Below, piece by piece: positions 14,901 through 24,806 of a stretch of 64,000 bases of DNA. The notes under the pieces are model-generated. The model worked only from the letters and a program-made list of their open reading frames with translations, made no database searches and was not told where the DNA came from. Every line of letters begins with the position of its first letter. The first letter of the stretch is position 1. Origin of the DNA: Lingula anatina (lineage: Eukaryota > Animalia > Brachiopoda); contig CM120648.1 in assembly GCA_051362555.1 (NCBI GenBank), positions 3,654,587-3,718,586 of the forward strand, read 5' to 3'. A program made the translations under genes and the position numbers.

Positions 14901-16216
14901 TACGTCATTCTGTATTAGACGCTATACAAAATCTTTCAGCTGAATTCAAATTTAGACAAATCTAGAACTCTCTTTCTTTGAACATTTTTATCTTATTTTT
15001 ATAGTCTACCTATTATATGTGATCACGGTTTTATATAATTTTCATTAAAACCCCAGGGGATTTTCTTGTGAGTGTAAGCCGCACGAACCCTGGACCGGAG
15101 AACTGTGTGAAGTAGACAGGTGCGTCAGCGAGGGCTTCACCTGCAAAAATGGAGGCTCGTGCAAGTGGAACGGCAACGATGGATTCATTTGCAAATGCGG
15201 GCCAGGTATGTGGTTCTGAATACAACATATAAGAAATCTGATGTTTTTGTGATATATTGATTAAATTCATATGCGTTACTGGCGACGCCATTTGAAATAT
15301 TTTCCAATCCGAAAAGGCCCATAGTGGCTGATGGACTAATTCTGTTAGTCTTATATATATTGGCTTGTAATGTCTATTGGCAGTTTTCTGAGATAACACC
15401 GAGGAGTTCGGCATTGACATATTACATCAGTGAATAGGCTTGCTATCGGCCGAGTTGAACTATTTGGGACAGCTAAAACTAGTGCACTTAAATATGGACA
15501 TGTGAAACTTGAAACCTCCACATCAGTAGATTCGAGCGTGAAATTAGCGATTTTCAATAGTGACGCATTTTACAATTAAGAAATAATTAAATTTAACCAT
15601 TCCTGTAGAGGTTGACGGTATTGGGGAGTATAATTGTGGTAGCTGAGATCCAACAGAATACGTACGATAACTGAAAAAAGAAAAGTTTGGTTAATGGACT
15701 AAAACGAGTTTTTTATTCATATTTTGTATTTGAAAGTATGTAATTCTAGGGATTCAACTAACACTAATTGCCTACAGTCAAAATTTAAACGTTATTCAAA
15801 CTTTTTTAAGTCCTTAAACATTCTCTATAAAAAGCATCATAGGGCGATGTGGAAGATACGTCTTATTTGAAGTTTCACTCTCTTTGAATAGTTTCTGGTC
15901 TTAATTTTTATTATAATTATTATGATAGTTTGCAAGTTTGATTGCGTTAGTCATTGTCTTTGTTCCTGATTTATTTATTTGTAGCATGGCAGCTCATTCA
16001 GTTTACTCACGCACAGGGTCGTCATTGTGTAATACTGTAACATCATAAACCTCGCTGTGTTCTTCAGGGTACCAAGGCAAGGACTGCAGCGTGGACATTA
16101 ACGAGTGTGATAGCTGGCCTTGTTGGGACGGCGTTTGCGTCGACCTGGTCAACGGATACAGGTGTGACTGCGACCCTGGATTCACCGGCGTGAACTGTGA
16201 ACAAAGAGGACCTTAA
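9..16216 (+). CDS. Secreted multidomain adhesive/mucin-like protein (FAMeT-like - VWA - 2x H-type lectin - VWD - Thr-rich - C8 - TIL - EGF repeats), 5' incomplete
   Basis: Exons with GT-AG sites and consistent phases: 9-34, 332-483, 2755-2911, 3098-3244 (Methyltransf_FA-like: FEVKAAENAHI, FEIVIG, FWVSW, TGFGAKGEW); 4405-4694, 5034-5159, 5540-5693 (VWA, MIDAS DESGS, FTDG); 6328-6506, 7189-7378, 7823-7978, 8825-8932 (H-lectin-like: F..P.V, VTPTGF, VTKTGF, W.A); 9273-9343, 9663-9836, 10499-10722, 11286-11390 (VWD: CRAVGDPHF, LCGICGNFDG); 11666-12219 (Thr-rich + C8); 12508-12716 (TIL); 13421-13610, 14042-14137, 14586-14679, 15057-15205, 16068-16216 (EGF, last one Ca-binding DINEC; stop TAA). About 1230 codons, open throughout, no TM segment seen. 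Confidence 0.88.
609..2640. mobile_element. Helentron-associated (HINE/pearl-like) non-autonomous element with internal tandem repeats, in an intron
   Basis: Hairpin TGTACAGACAC...GTGTCTGTACA at 615-640, then a (GTCGTCGCC)n microsatellite and degenerate ~130-165 bp tandem units (AAAACGCAGGTCAAGTTCGAAAA...). Subterminal TGTCTGTACA and short hairpin CAGCTTTGCTG near 2607-2640. Confidence 0.65.
3478..3813. mobile_element. Kolobok-like MITE (TTAA target site duplication)
   Basis: TIRs AGGGATAACAACTCTTCG / CGAAGAGTTATTATCCCT, flanked by TTAA at 3474-3477 and 3814-3817. A second copy lies in reverse orientation at 38922-39258. Confidence 0.8.
11720..11925 (+). repeat. Coding Thr/Pro-rich mucin-like tandem repeat (PTITTTTTT units)
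   Basis: Repeats of ACAACTACAACT / CCCACAATCACAACC within exon 11666-12219. Confidence 0.9.
13089..13440. repeat. 175-bp tandem duplication that copies a splice acceptor
   Basis: ATATGAAAACCAAATGG...TCAAAGGTTGGGGACCAGCTTTTAAT occurs at 13089 and 13264. The paralog has a single copy near 37897. Confidence 0.9.
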
Positions 16217-16838
16217 GAGTTTAACTGGTGGCCTTAAGACGCAACATTGAAATGATTCGTTATTTGCTCTCCCTTCGAGAATCGATCTGTAGTATAGGGT
16301 ACGCGCTTCGTGATGTGCTTTTTAAAAAATCGTGATATTTTTCCTCTACGTGTTGAAATTTATCTGCAGCAAAAAAAGGTTTTATATTGGAACAAATTTG
16401 GGGTTTTCTTTTAATTTTTGTCCATTTTCTACGTCTTACTTGAATATTCCAATTCCGTAATAAACCAGATGATTTGCACTGACCTTTTTACGCTATTTGT
16501 TTCGCTGGCTTTAGAATTAAGTTCTTATTTCAACAATCAGAATCAAAACTGCGTTTCGTGATTTAGAATGAAACTAATATGGAATTTATCTCGAAAATTA
16601 CACCGGAAAATGCTCATTTGTTTGATTGATTATATATTTTTCACGAAAAGAACTTTCTTCAATATATTTGTTTTATATGGTTACACCAAATACTATTGTT
16701 TTCAAAGAAGTATGTTGCTAAACATATTGTACTCAAGGAATACGCTTCAATTTTGCTATGAACTAAATAAACCATTGCCCACGGAAACACTTTTTATTGA
16801 TGTTCATTTCATTTTTATTTCTGTTCGAACTCCAGTGA

Positions 16839-16869
<31 letters not shown>

Positions 16870-16897
16870 TTCACACACACACACACACACACATGCA

Positions 16898-17070
16898 ACA
16901 GGCCAGTAGCCAGCAATTGCAAAAGGCAAATGGGGGTTCTTTTTCAGAAAATGTGGACCTTTTTTCATGAAACCTTAGTTTATCTACATCAAATTTACCC
17001 AGAATAGACCTTTTCCCAGCAAAAAGGGGGGCTCCTGTGAACTCCCCCCACTCCACTGGCTACGGGCCTG
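16898..17070. mobile_element. Short MITE (CAGGCC.GTAGCCAG...CTGGCTACGGGCCTG)
   Basis: Terminal inverted repeats. A paralogous copy lies at about 41958-42117. Confidence 0.6.
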
Positions 17071-17516
17071 TGCGGACACGTGTACAAACGCTAGGGCCCT
17101 CCATTACACCTCTTTTAGCACCACTAAGCACCTTGCTAACACAAGTATTGAATACCACCCAAACACAAACATTATGCCGTCGTTCACAAATATTGATTAT
17201 TGTGATTCCTAATTTATCCAACCATTGTGTCACCCGCCTTAAGTAGACTTTTAACAGCACAACCGTGACAAACTCTGGACAATACATGCATCTCTTGTAA
17301 AACATTTAATAATGTGGCCCGGAATGTGGACAATTGACTCCATTTTGTACCGCAAAGGCAATTTTTTTTACCGAACTGGGGGCGTGAAAACCGCACAATA
17401 CATGACCGTGTTTTCAGTGCATTTCTTTGCGGCCCGAACCATGGATCTTTACTCTTGTTGATGAATGGACCAACAGCCCGTTGACCTCGCTGAATCTTTT
17501 GCCACTTGGAAAAGAT

Positions 17517-18485
17517 CAGGCCTTCCCAACTACCAGACTCGGCACCTACGGGTCCAGTATAAACCGGTTTATCAGACCACACTACCCGTTTTCAAGGTGT
17601 GTGTCAGATCGCATTACAGGGTATCAGCCACCACACCGATTTTGCCTGGTGCGCGATGTGATAGCAATGATCCTAAGCGGGGTTGGAAAGTAGTGCATCT
17701 CATCTAGATTCATGCGCTGCTGCAATTTTCTCTGTTTATACTAAAATCTGACAGTACCGCAATTTTTAACATAAAATTTAGGTTCGGACATAGCCAATGA
17801 TGTTTTGTAAATAAGAACTTGCAAACTTATATATTAATTTAGAAAAGTAGACTTAATTTTGATAGCAGAAGCATATTCTGTCGGGGGTTAAATTATTTTC
17901 ATGACTACCGGGATGGACGAGATTGAGGGCAGGGGTAATCCTAGAGAGGGGTGAGAAACGTCTATTGTTCTCGTCAGCGAGGCTGTCCTTTTTCAGGGTT
18001 TGTATGCACGGACAGAAAACTTAAGTATTGGACGTGGGAACGTTACTAATGAAGCCACTGGTAGTACTAGTAGATATCAGCCTGTAGTCTTGAACAAGCG
18101 CCTCGATGACGAGTGAACAGTCGTCAAAAACAAAAGACCCAGGTGTGGTAGTTCAACTACTGTTCATGCGTGCCGCAACGACCAAACCTAATTGCTCCTC
18201 AAGGTCACAAAACAATAACCGGTACTGACGGCTAGGCTCGTCTTAATCATATAAGTAGCGCGTTTCCACCCCCTGATTGAGGGAGTCGTCTGTTGTATTC
18301 ATACGACTCCTACCTGACGAAAACGAGGCGCGATACCCGGATGACAGGTAGGCTTACAGAATTTGTGAAAGGGTATGATACTCTTTTATGCGATCTGACA
18401 CACACCTTGAAAACGGGTAGTGTGGTCAGATATACCGGTTTATTCTGGACCCGTAGGTGCCGAGTCTGGTAGTTGGGAAGGCCTG
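17517..18485. mobile_element. Non-autonomous hAT-like DNA transposon with ~100-bp TIRs and 5-bp TSD
   Basis: CAGGCCTTCCCAACTACCAGACTCGG... / ...CCGAGTCTGGTAGTTGGGAAGGCCTG, flanked by AAGAT at 17512-17516 and 18486-18490. The empty site GGAAAAGATGGGCC is present in the paralog at about 42556-42569. No transposase ORF. Confidence 0.85.
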
Positions 18486-18941
18486 AAGATGGGCCAATAC
18501 AAATAACCTAATCGCCGTCTTAATAGCCATAGAAGATTGCAACCAAACTGGTGGATACACAGCATGTTTTCCAGGTGATACACCTCCGATTGGTCCTGTT
18601 AAGACAGGCTTGCCATACACGATTATATACATTATACTATTACACTGAATTCCGTTATACGGCCGACAGATCAATGGAATGCTGAACTATCAATACTTGC
18701 GACAGGTAAATGAACCGATCGATCGAGTCTGAGGATTTACCTGAGCGGAGGAATGTGAACGATTAATCACTTCCTGAACAAGTTAGCGTTGTGGGCGTGC
18801 CCAGTCGGTATCAAATTTATCGTAAACACAGTTGGTTAAAATGACTCTTTGTATGTGATTGGATCTTGTCCAACAAAGCGGTTTCTGATTGGGTTTTGTC
18901 CTTGATAAATACTGTCGGTAAAAGCAAGTGTTTCATAAGTG

Positions 18942-19436
18942 ATGGACGACAGTGAAGTATTCGAGGACTGTGCTCCCGATGACAAGCCTTTCTTTTTTCA
19001 AGTACCTTTTTGTAAGGAAGAAGAGAGGATTCTTAGTTTTCTTAACTGGCCTGGTAAACTTCTCATCAACCCTATACCTTTAGCCATAAGCGGGTTTTAT
19101 AGGGACCCCAATGCATCAAGTACAGACGACACTGTCAATTGTTTCAACTGTCGGGTCAGCCTAAAGAATTGGGATCCACTGAGGGATGCTGCTGATAAAG
19201 AGCATGAAGACCACAGTCCGCAGTGTACTATGAATACCGTTGAAAGGAGACTTACGAATCCAATAAACGTCCCTCTCAAACCCGAAAAGCGCCACGAATT
19301 TGTGCAGCTGTTTGTCGCCAACGAAAAAAAATCTAACTACACAGGCAGTACGGTGAAAACACTGTTGAACATAAACTTTGATGAAGTGGACAGAAATTCT
19401 GGGATATCTTCTCAAAAAACGTACAGACTCTTTTAA
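18942..19436 (+). CDS. BIR-domain (inhibitor-of-apoptosis-like) protein carried by the Maverick
   Basis: RILSFLNWP...LAISGFY...DTVNCFNC...WDP...EHEDHSPQC is a CX2C-X17-H-X6-C zinc-binding BIR signature, followed by NVPL. Intronless, ATG at 18942, CCAAT/TATA-like motifs upstream. No RING domain. Confidence 0.8.
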   Translation: MDDSEVFEDCAPDDKPFFFQVPFCKEEERILSFLNWPGKLLINPIPLAISGFYRDPNASSTDDTVNCFNCRVSLKNWDPLRDAADKEHEDHSPQCTMNTVERRLTNPINVPLKPEKRHEFVQLFVANEKKSNYTGSTVKTLLNINFDEVDRNSGISSQKTYRLF

Positions 19437-19492
19437 AGATATTTATTTAAACACATACTTTAGCCTTCTTGGAAACAGTTGAAAAAAGTAAG

Positions 19493-20608
19493 ATGAAGAG
19501 AAAACAAACAAGCAGTAATAGTAAGAAACAGATAGATGAATATTTAAGGACATTATATTACAGGTACGACCCTTCCAACCCTGCTAGTTTTGGTAGTGCA
19601 TTGAAATTATATGAAGCGGCGAGAAAAGCTAAAAAGAAGATCACCCGTATGCAAATCGAAGAGTTCTTGACGAAACAAGATACATATACTCTACACGCTA
19701 ACGTCAGAAAAAGATTCCATACCAATCGTGTTGTTGTTGGTCGTACAGATCAGCAATGGCAAGCAGATTTAGCTGACCTCAGCAAGTTATCAAAATACAA
19801 TAAAGGAATGAAATATTTATTAACTGTGATTGATGTTTTTTCAAAGTACGCATGGGCTGTGGCCATCAAATAAAAAACTGCTGATAGTGTGTTGGAAGCG
19901 TTTAATAATATTTTAGCAGAAGGCCGAAAACCGGCAATTTTACAAACCGATGCAGGAACAGAATTTATAAATAAAAAATTTCAGGCATACCTGAAGGAAC
20001 AAGGAATAGCCTTTTTCACAACAAAGTCGGAACGAAAAAGTTCGATAGTCGAAAGGTTTAACAGAACGTTAAAATCTCGCATGTACAAATATTTCACCGC
20101 CAACAGTACACTTACATATTTATACGCACTCGACCAACTTTTGAAGGGATACAATGCAGCTAAACACAGGAGCATTGGTATGTCACCAACAGAAGCGTCA
20201 AAAGAAAACAACTCAGACGTGGTATGGAAAAACCTTTACGGGGATACAATATTCGAAAAAGCAAAATTTAAATTCAACACTGGAGACACTGTTAGGTTGA
20301 GCAAGTATAGAACTCCATTTGCCAAAGGCTACGAACAGGGTTGGACACAGGAGTTGTTTACAATAACGCAGCGTTTAAACAGGTCACCGCCCGTCTACAA
20401 GGTGGAAGATTACGAAGGAGAAGAGATAGAGGGTGTCTTCTATGAACCTGAAATGATTCGTGTTGTGAAGAAAGACGACGTGTACATAGTCGAAAAAATT
20501 TTAAAATCAAGAGGCAAGGGTAAATCGAGGGAACATTTTGTAAAATGGCGAGGTTATCCAGAAAAATTTAACAGTTGGATCAAGGCATCAGACGTTAAAA
20601 CGGTATAA
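19493..20608 (+). pseudogene. Maverick retroviral-type (rve) integrase with C-terminal chromodomain, one in-frame stop
   Basis: Motifs YTLH...RF, QWQADLAD, IDVFSKYAW, LQTDAGTEF, IVERFNRTLK; chromodomain VEKIL...VKWRGYPEKFNSW. In-frame TAA at 19871-19873 (ATC AAA TAA AAA ACT) splits the two ORFs. Confidence 0.9.
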
Positions 20609-20645
20609 ATGATATTTCGTTTTCCCCGGAGCTCCAGTTGAAGCG

Positions 20646-21377
20646 ATGGCCTCGTCTTTTCATGTTATCTTACCTTCTAACAGCAGCTTTAAGTATTTTC
20701 CAAAGAATAAAGCTGAGTCATTTCAAACAAAGTTGTCGTCAACCTTATATTTAGATGGTGACTACGAAGTTGCCTTAGTGGAACTTCAATATCCAAAAAC
20801 ATGGAAAAATCTAAAAGATAGTGCTCTGATGTATTATGATGGACTGACGACAAATACATTGTCTATCCCTGCTGGATACTATCGAACCATCAATGACCTC
20901 ATAACTACAATCCACGATGACCTATCAACTGTTGGAAAAACAAACATCACACTAGGATATAATATTATATCGAGACGAGTTACAGTTCATTTACGTTCCG
21001 GTGCAAGTATCAATTTTACCGGTGATGTAGGAAAGATGTTAGGTTGGGTAACGGACACGAGGGTAACTTCAGACGTGATGGCTCCTAACCCTCCCAACAT
21101 GACTCTAGGCTTTAATTCGCTATATGTATACGCGGATATCATACAAAATCAGTTGGTGGGGGATGCGTCTGCAAATTTACTGAAGATCGTTGGTGTCAAT
21201 GGTAAACGTGAGGAAGTTGTTACCAAAACATTTGATTCGCCTATTTACATCCCTTTGAATCAACATCACATCGATACCATTCGAATAGATATATGTCGCG
21301 ACACGGGTGAACTTGTGCATTTCGATAGTGGGAAGACGATTGCGACGTTACATTTTCGCCGAAAAAGTTTACTGTAA
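20646..21377 (+). CDS. Maverick minor capsid (penton) protein
   Basis: F.VILPSNSS..YFP.N....F, YEVALVEL.YP, LYVYADII....VGD, YIPL, LHFRR motifs typical of Polinton single jelly-roll penton. TATAAA at about 20605. Confidence 0.85.
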   Translation: MASSFHVILPSNSSFKYFPKNKAESFQTKLSSTLYLDGDYEVALVELQYPKTWKNLKDSALMYYDGLTTNTLSIPAGYYRTINDLITTIHDDLSTVGKTNITLGYNIISRRVTVHLRSGASINFTGDVGKMLGWVTDTRVTSDVMAPNPPNMTLGFNSLYVYADIIQNQLVGDASANLLKIVGVNGKREEVVTKTFDSPIYIPLNQHHIDTIRIDICRDTGELVHFDSGKTIATLHFRRKSLL

Positions 21378-21379
21378 CA

Positions 21380-21733
21380 ATGGATCCTGTTTATCAAGCC
21401 CTAGTTAAAAGATACGAGACACAGGCGGGTGGTGGCTCTATACACAAGTTCCATGGTACAAGGATTCAACGGGGTGGTGGTAGGTTACATCCACCTCGAC
21501 GTGCTGAAATATTGCAAGTGCATAAAACTGTTGCTTCAAAAAAGAACATGGCTGTGAAAAGAAAACCTAAAAAGAGAGGTGCACCTGACCTGTACGTGGA
21601 TGGTGACGTCATAAGAAAAGCTTTAAACTCCATGACTATAAAGAAGAACAGATCACCTCAAGTGGTCAAAAGTCCAAAAGTTCGCAAGACACATCGGTCA
21701 CCTGCAGTCAAGACACGAGATACAAATTTTTAG
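21380..21733 (+). CDS. Basic core-like (pVII-like) virion protein
   Basis: Sits between penton and MCP. QAGGG and QRGGG resemble adenain cleavage sites. K/R-rich C-terminus ending in DTNF. Confidence 0.6.
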   Translation: MDPVYQALVKRYETQAGGGSIHKFHGTRIQRGGGRLHPPRRAEILQVHKTVASKKNMAVKRKPKKRGAPDLYVDGDVIRKALNSMTIKKNRSPQVVKSPKVRKTHRSPAVKTRDTNF

Positions 21734-21735
21734 AC

Positions 21736-23043
21736 ATGAACGACCCAATTGTAAAAACAGAACTTGATTTATTTACCAATATTAGGGATCATTATCAAAC
21801 GGATATTGAAAGCACTGTAGATGAGGAAATTCGACCAACGACTGCTGTGTCACAGGTCAGCAATGTCTTTGAGTTTGTCATCAAAGGCACACCTGACGAA
21901 TATATCGACCCCACTCAAATTAACTTGTATGTAGAGGGACAGCTCAGTAAGGCTGACTTGAGCAGTTTAGACATTGGTCAAAACACATCGGTCGTGAACA
22001 ACACGCTTCACTCATTATTTGCATCAGTGGACGTTGAGCTTAACGACAATTTGATAACCCTTGGTCAAAATTATGCTTACCGAGCCTACCTTGAAAACCT
22101 ATTGAACTACGGAAAAAGTGCAAAAGATACATGGCTTACTAGCGAAATGTGGTATAAAGACACCGCCGGTCAAATGAACAGTACAAATGTTAGTGGCGAC
22201 CCTGGAAACAAGAGGTTACAAGATCGCGACTTTTGGTTTCAGCGTAGTAGGAAAGTGGAGAAGTATGGTCGACTGAAAATCGATTTGGCAAATCAAGAAA
22301 AACTACTTTTGAACAACGTAGACGTGCGAATCAGGCTAAGAAGAACACCCGATGTATTCTGTTTGATGTCAGAAACCAAAGACAAAAATGAAAAATTTTT
22401 GATCAACAACATCTCTCTTTTTGTGAGGAGAGTCAAAGTATCCGATCGGCTGAAATCGGCCCACGACAGTATATTGACCAAACATGTAGCCTGCTATCCT
22501 CTTACAAGAAAAGAAGTAAAGGTTATAAATTTGCCTAACGGAGTCAGAAATGCTAATCTTGATAATATTTACATAGGGACTATGCCGAAACGTATCATTT
22601 TTGGAATTGTTGACGATAATGCCTTTTCGGGAGTCTATGACAAAAGCCCTTTCTTATTTAACCATAATGATTTAAAGCATTTGCGACTAACGGTGGCAGG
22701 GGAGCAAATTCCATTCAAGCCTTATAATTTTGATTTTTCCGTCAACGAAGGTTTGAACTATATAAGAGCTTATTACGACCTTCTTTTGTCAGTTGGCGCT
22801 GCTGGTGGCGAGAGTGATATAGATCTGTCTAGACTTGATTACCTGTATGGAAACACGCTTTTTGGCTTCGATCTGACAGCAGACAAAAACTTTGAAAACT
22901 ATATTTCACCAACAAGACAAGGTACACTCAACATTAATCTAGAATTTGATAAAGCCACCAACAACAGCGTCTTGGTTGTTTTGGCAGAATTTGATTCTGT
23001 TATAAAGATTGATCAACGTCGCAGTGTTTACATTGAGTATTGA
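21736..23043 (+). CDS. Maverick major capsid protein (double jelly-roll)
   Basis: ELDLF, FEFVI.G..DEYID, VNNTLHSLF, YAYRAYLE.LLNY, PKRIIFG.V...AF.G....PF.F, LFGFDLT.D, EFD..I.ID. 435 aa, intact. Confidence 0.9.
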   Translation: MNDPIVKTELDLFTNIRDHYQTDIESTVDEEIRPTTAVSQVSNVFEFVIKGTPDEYIDPTQINLYVEGQLSKADLSSLDIGQNTSVVNNTLHSLFASVDVELNDNLITLGQNYAYRAYLENLLNYGKSAKDTWLTSEMWYKDTAGQMNSTNVSGDPGNKRLQDRDFWFQRSRKVEKYGRLKIDLANQEKLLLNNVDVRIRLRRTPDVFCLMSETKDKNEKFLINNISLFVRRVKVSDRLKSAHDSILTKHVACYPLTRKEVKVINLPNGVRNANLDNIYIGTMPKRIIFGIVDDNAFSGVYDKSPFLFNHNDLKHLRLTVAGEQIPFKPYNFDFSVNEGLNYIRAYYDLLLSVGAAGGESDIDLSRLDYLYGNTLFGFDLTADKNFENYISPTRQGTLNINLEFDKATNNSVLVVLAEFDSVIKIDQRRSVYIEY

Positions 23044-23573
23044 TGATGGATACTCGACAATTGGACTGCATACTAAAAGCTGATCCTTTTACGAGTGCCT
23101 GTTTTCAAGGAGTATACGCATCTGACACGTTGCCTAAGGAAATTCAGATATTTCCCGCCTGTTTTGTGTCAAATACAGATAAACATACGGGTCCTGGCAG
23201 ACACTGGGTCGCTTTTCACTTCAACGAAAATGGGGTTGGAGAATTTTTTGACTCTTACGGGCAACCTCCTGATTATTATGATGAAATGTTCGAAAGTTTT
23301 CTAGATGAAAACTCTACAACTGCATGGACGTGTAATTCTAGAGCACTACAGAGCATTTACACTAAAGTGTGTGGTCAATACTGTATATATTATTTAATGA
23401 ACCGTTCTCGTGGGAAACCTTTAGCACAAATACTTAGAAGTTTTACAAAAGATAAACAATTTAATGATATGTTAGTGTATGATTATGTTAATAAGCGTTG
23501 CATTATACCCAGCTTTGTAAATATGAATTGTCAAACTTGTAAATCAAAAAAATATTTAGGATTCATGTATTAG
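23043..23573 (+). CDS. Adenain-like cysteine protease (virion maturation)
   Basis: F.GVYASD.LP, NTD....PG.HWVA (His), EFFDSYG (Asp), LQ.....VCGQYC (Gln, Cys). Confidence 0.9.
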   Translation: MMDTRQLDCILKADPFTSACFQGVYASDTLPKEIQIFPACFVSNTDKHTGPGRHWVAFHFNENGVGEFFDSYGQPPDYYDEMFESFLDENSTTAWTCNSRALQSIYTKVCGQYCIYYLMNRSRGKPLAQILRSFTKDKQFNDMLVYDYVNKRCIIPSFVNMNCQTCKSKKYLGFMY

Positions 23574-23578
23574 ATACG

Positions 23579-23597
23579 TTTATTCAATTAAAATAAA
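23579..23597. terminator. Back-to-back polyadenylation signals at the convergence of the two Maverick gene arrays
   Basis: TTTATT (AATAAA on the minus strand) at 23579-23584 and AATAAA at 23592-23597, between the converging stops at 23573 and 23631. Confidence 0.6.
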
Positions 23598-23630
23598 GAA
23601 TGGTTTACATGTACAACAGTGTGTGTTGCT

Positions 23631-24325
23631 TCAATATATGTTGAATGATGCCAACTTTAGAAAATTCCCAGAACCTATCTGACTTTTGGCAGAGGAAGTG
23701 TCTCCATCCGCAATCTGGTGCCGTCGCTTTATGTTCGAAATAGTATTTAAAGGTACATTTAGACGTTTCAAACCCTGAAGAAAGACAGAAAGCCCAGCTG
23801 GCGTATACTTTTTACGTGACACGAAAAGATCATTCATCAAATCTACAATGTTGGTGCCTTCTATAACATTCCCATCGTATTTTAATAACCCTTGTTCATT
23901 ATAGGACAATACATTAGGGTTGTTAGACATGTATCTAAGCACTATCCTAGCCTTTTTTTGCATCCTTTGTGGGATGGAATCCAATATTTCTTGGTTGAAA
24001 TATGTTTTTTTAGGGAAGTCTTCTGTTTTAATGGGTGGACTGTCCATTGTTGCTGATGCGGTTGTAGGGGAGGGGCTGGTGTATTCTGAATAACTACAGC
24101 AACCGGCTCCTTTTTTCGGGCAATCTTCAAATATTGAACTTGCAAATCGTTGTACATTTTCATTTTCTCGTCAAAAGATATATCTGTTCTTTGCATAGTC
24201 TTTGTCATTTCATTTTGCAATCGTAGCGTCTCTTCTTGTAAGGGAGAGTAATATCTGTTGACTTGTTGTTTCAAGGCGTTCAGTTCAGATTCACTTATCA
24301 AGACCATTTTCTGAAAGCTTGACAT
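23631..24325 (-). pseudogene. Conserved Maverick accessory protein, frameshifted
   Basis: The N-half (KMVLI...EM.......DEK...Y) and C-half (IL.SIP...G..IEGTNIVDL.ND...P.G...F...L...NVP) lie in overlapping frames. From recollection these motifs form a single ORF in related elements. Confidence 0.6.
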
Positions 24326-24632
24326 TTCTTGATATCGGATTTAAAATTGCTTTGACCACAGGAGGGTGTCGTAACAAAAGTTTTTTCTTGGACTGTATGG
24401 AGACTTTTTTATCAGCCAGTTGTACAACGACGTGTTTAACTCTGCGTAGTGCCGATTTTTCTGTTAAATTCAGCTTGATATCCTTGTTATACAGTATATT
24501 AGCAGCAAAGTTGCACAGGATTCGAATCAGATCATAGGGAGAGTTTAGTATTATACCATGTATCAATTTCTTATCGGCTACTGAGAGCAATTTGACATGA
24601 AAATGAAATAACTTTTCGGTCCCGGATTTCAT
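24291..24632 (-). CDS. Small basic helical Maverick accessory protein (PW-like)
   Basis: LI.IL....ANIL.....L...EK..L......QLA.KKVS...KKKLL pattern typical of small Polinton ORFs. TATAAA upstream on the minus strand at about 24670. Confidence 0.55.
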   Translation of the reverse strand: MKSGTEKLFHFHVKLLSVADKKLIHGIILNSPYDLIRILCNFAANILYNKDIKLNLTEKSALRRVKHVVVQLADKKVSIQSKKKLLLRHPPVVKAILNPISRNVKLSENGLDK

Positions 24633-24806
24633 GTTACAATTAAGTCAAGATAGAGGCTGCACAAGCATTTATAGTCAATGACTTAACTTCCAGATATATG
24701 TATTGTGACTATTTCGAGGTCCATCAACAAAATAGCTGTGCATGTTTAAAAGAAAATATTTATACACACCAATTGTTTATTTGCGTAAAGAAACAAAGAA
24801 AAATCT

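Noticed and set aside
18055-18075. GTAGTACTAGTAG as the Maverick AGTAGT-type terminus
   Set aside because: It lies inside the hAT-like element and has no inverted partner on the right.
18930-19495. ATAAG/GTAAG baculovirus late-promoter motifs just before the BIR and integrase ATGs
   Set aside because: A 5-bp motif is expected by chance in AT-rich DNA. No viral RNA polymerase is present, and Pol II TATA/CCAAT motifs explain the promoters.
19871-19873. Programmed readthrough of the integrase stop
   Set aside because: TAA-A is a poor readthrough context and lies in the middle of the catalytic core, so a nonsense mutation is more likely.
24100-24125. Programmed -1 frameshift at A AAA AAG (minus strand) joining ORFs 24325-23942 and 24047-23631
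   Set aside because: The heptamer is in frame and the -1 frame is open. However, A AAA AAG is mainly a bacterial slippery site, no clear stimulatory structure is visible, and three neighbouring genes carry plain decay lesions. A 1-nt deletion is simpler.
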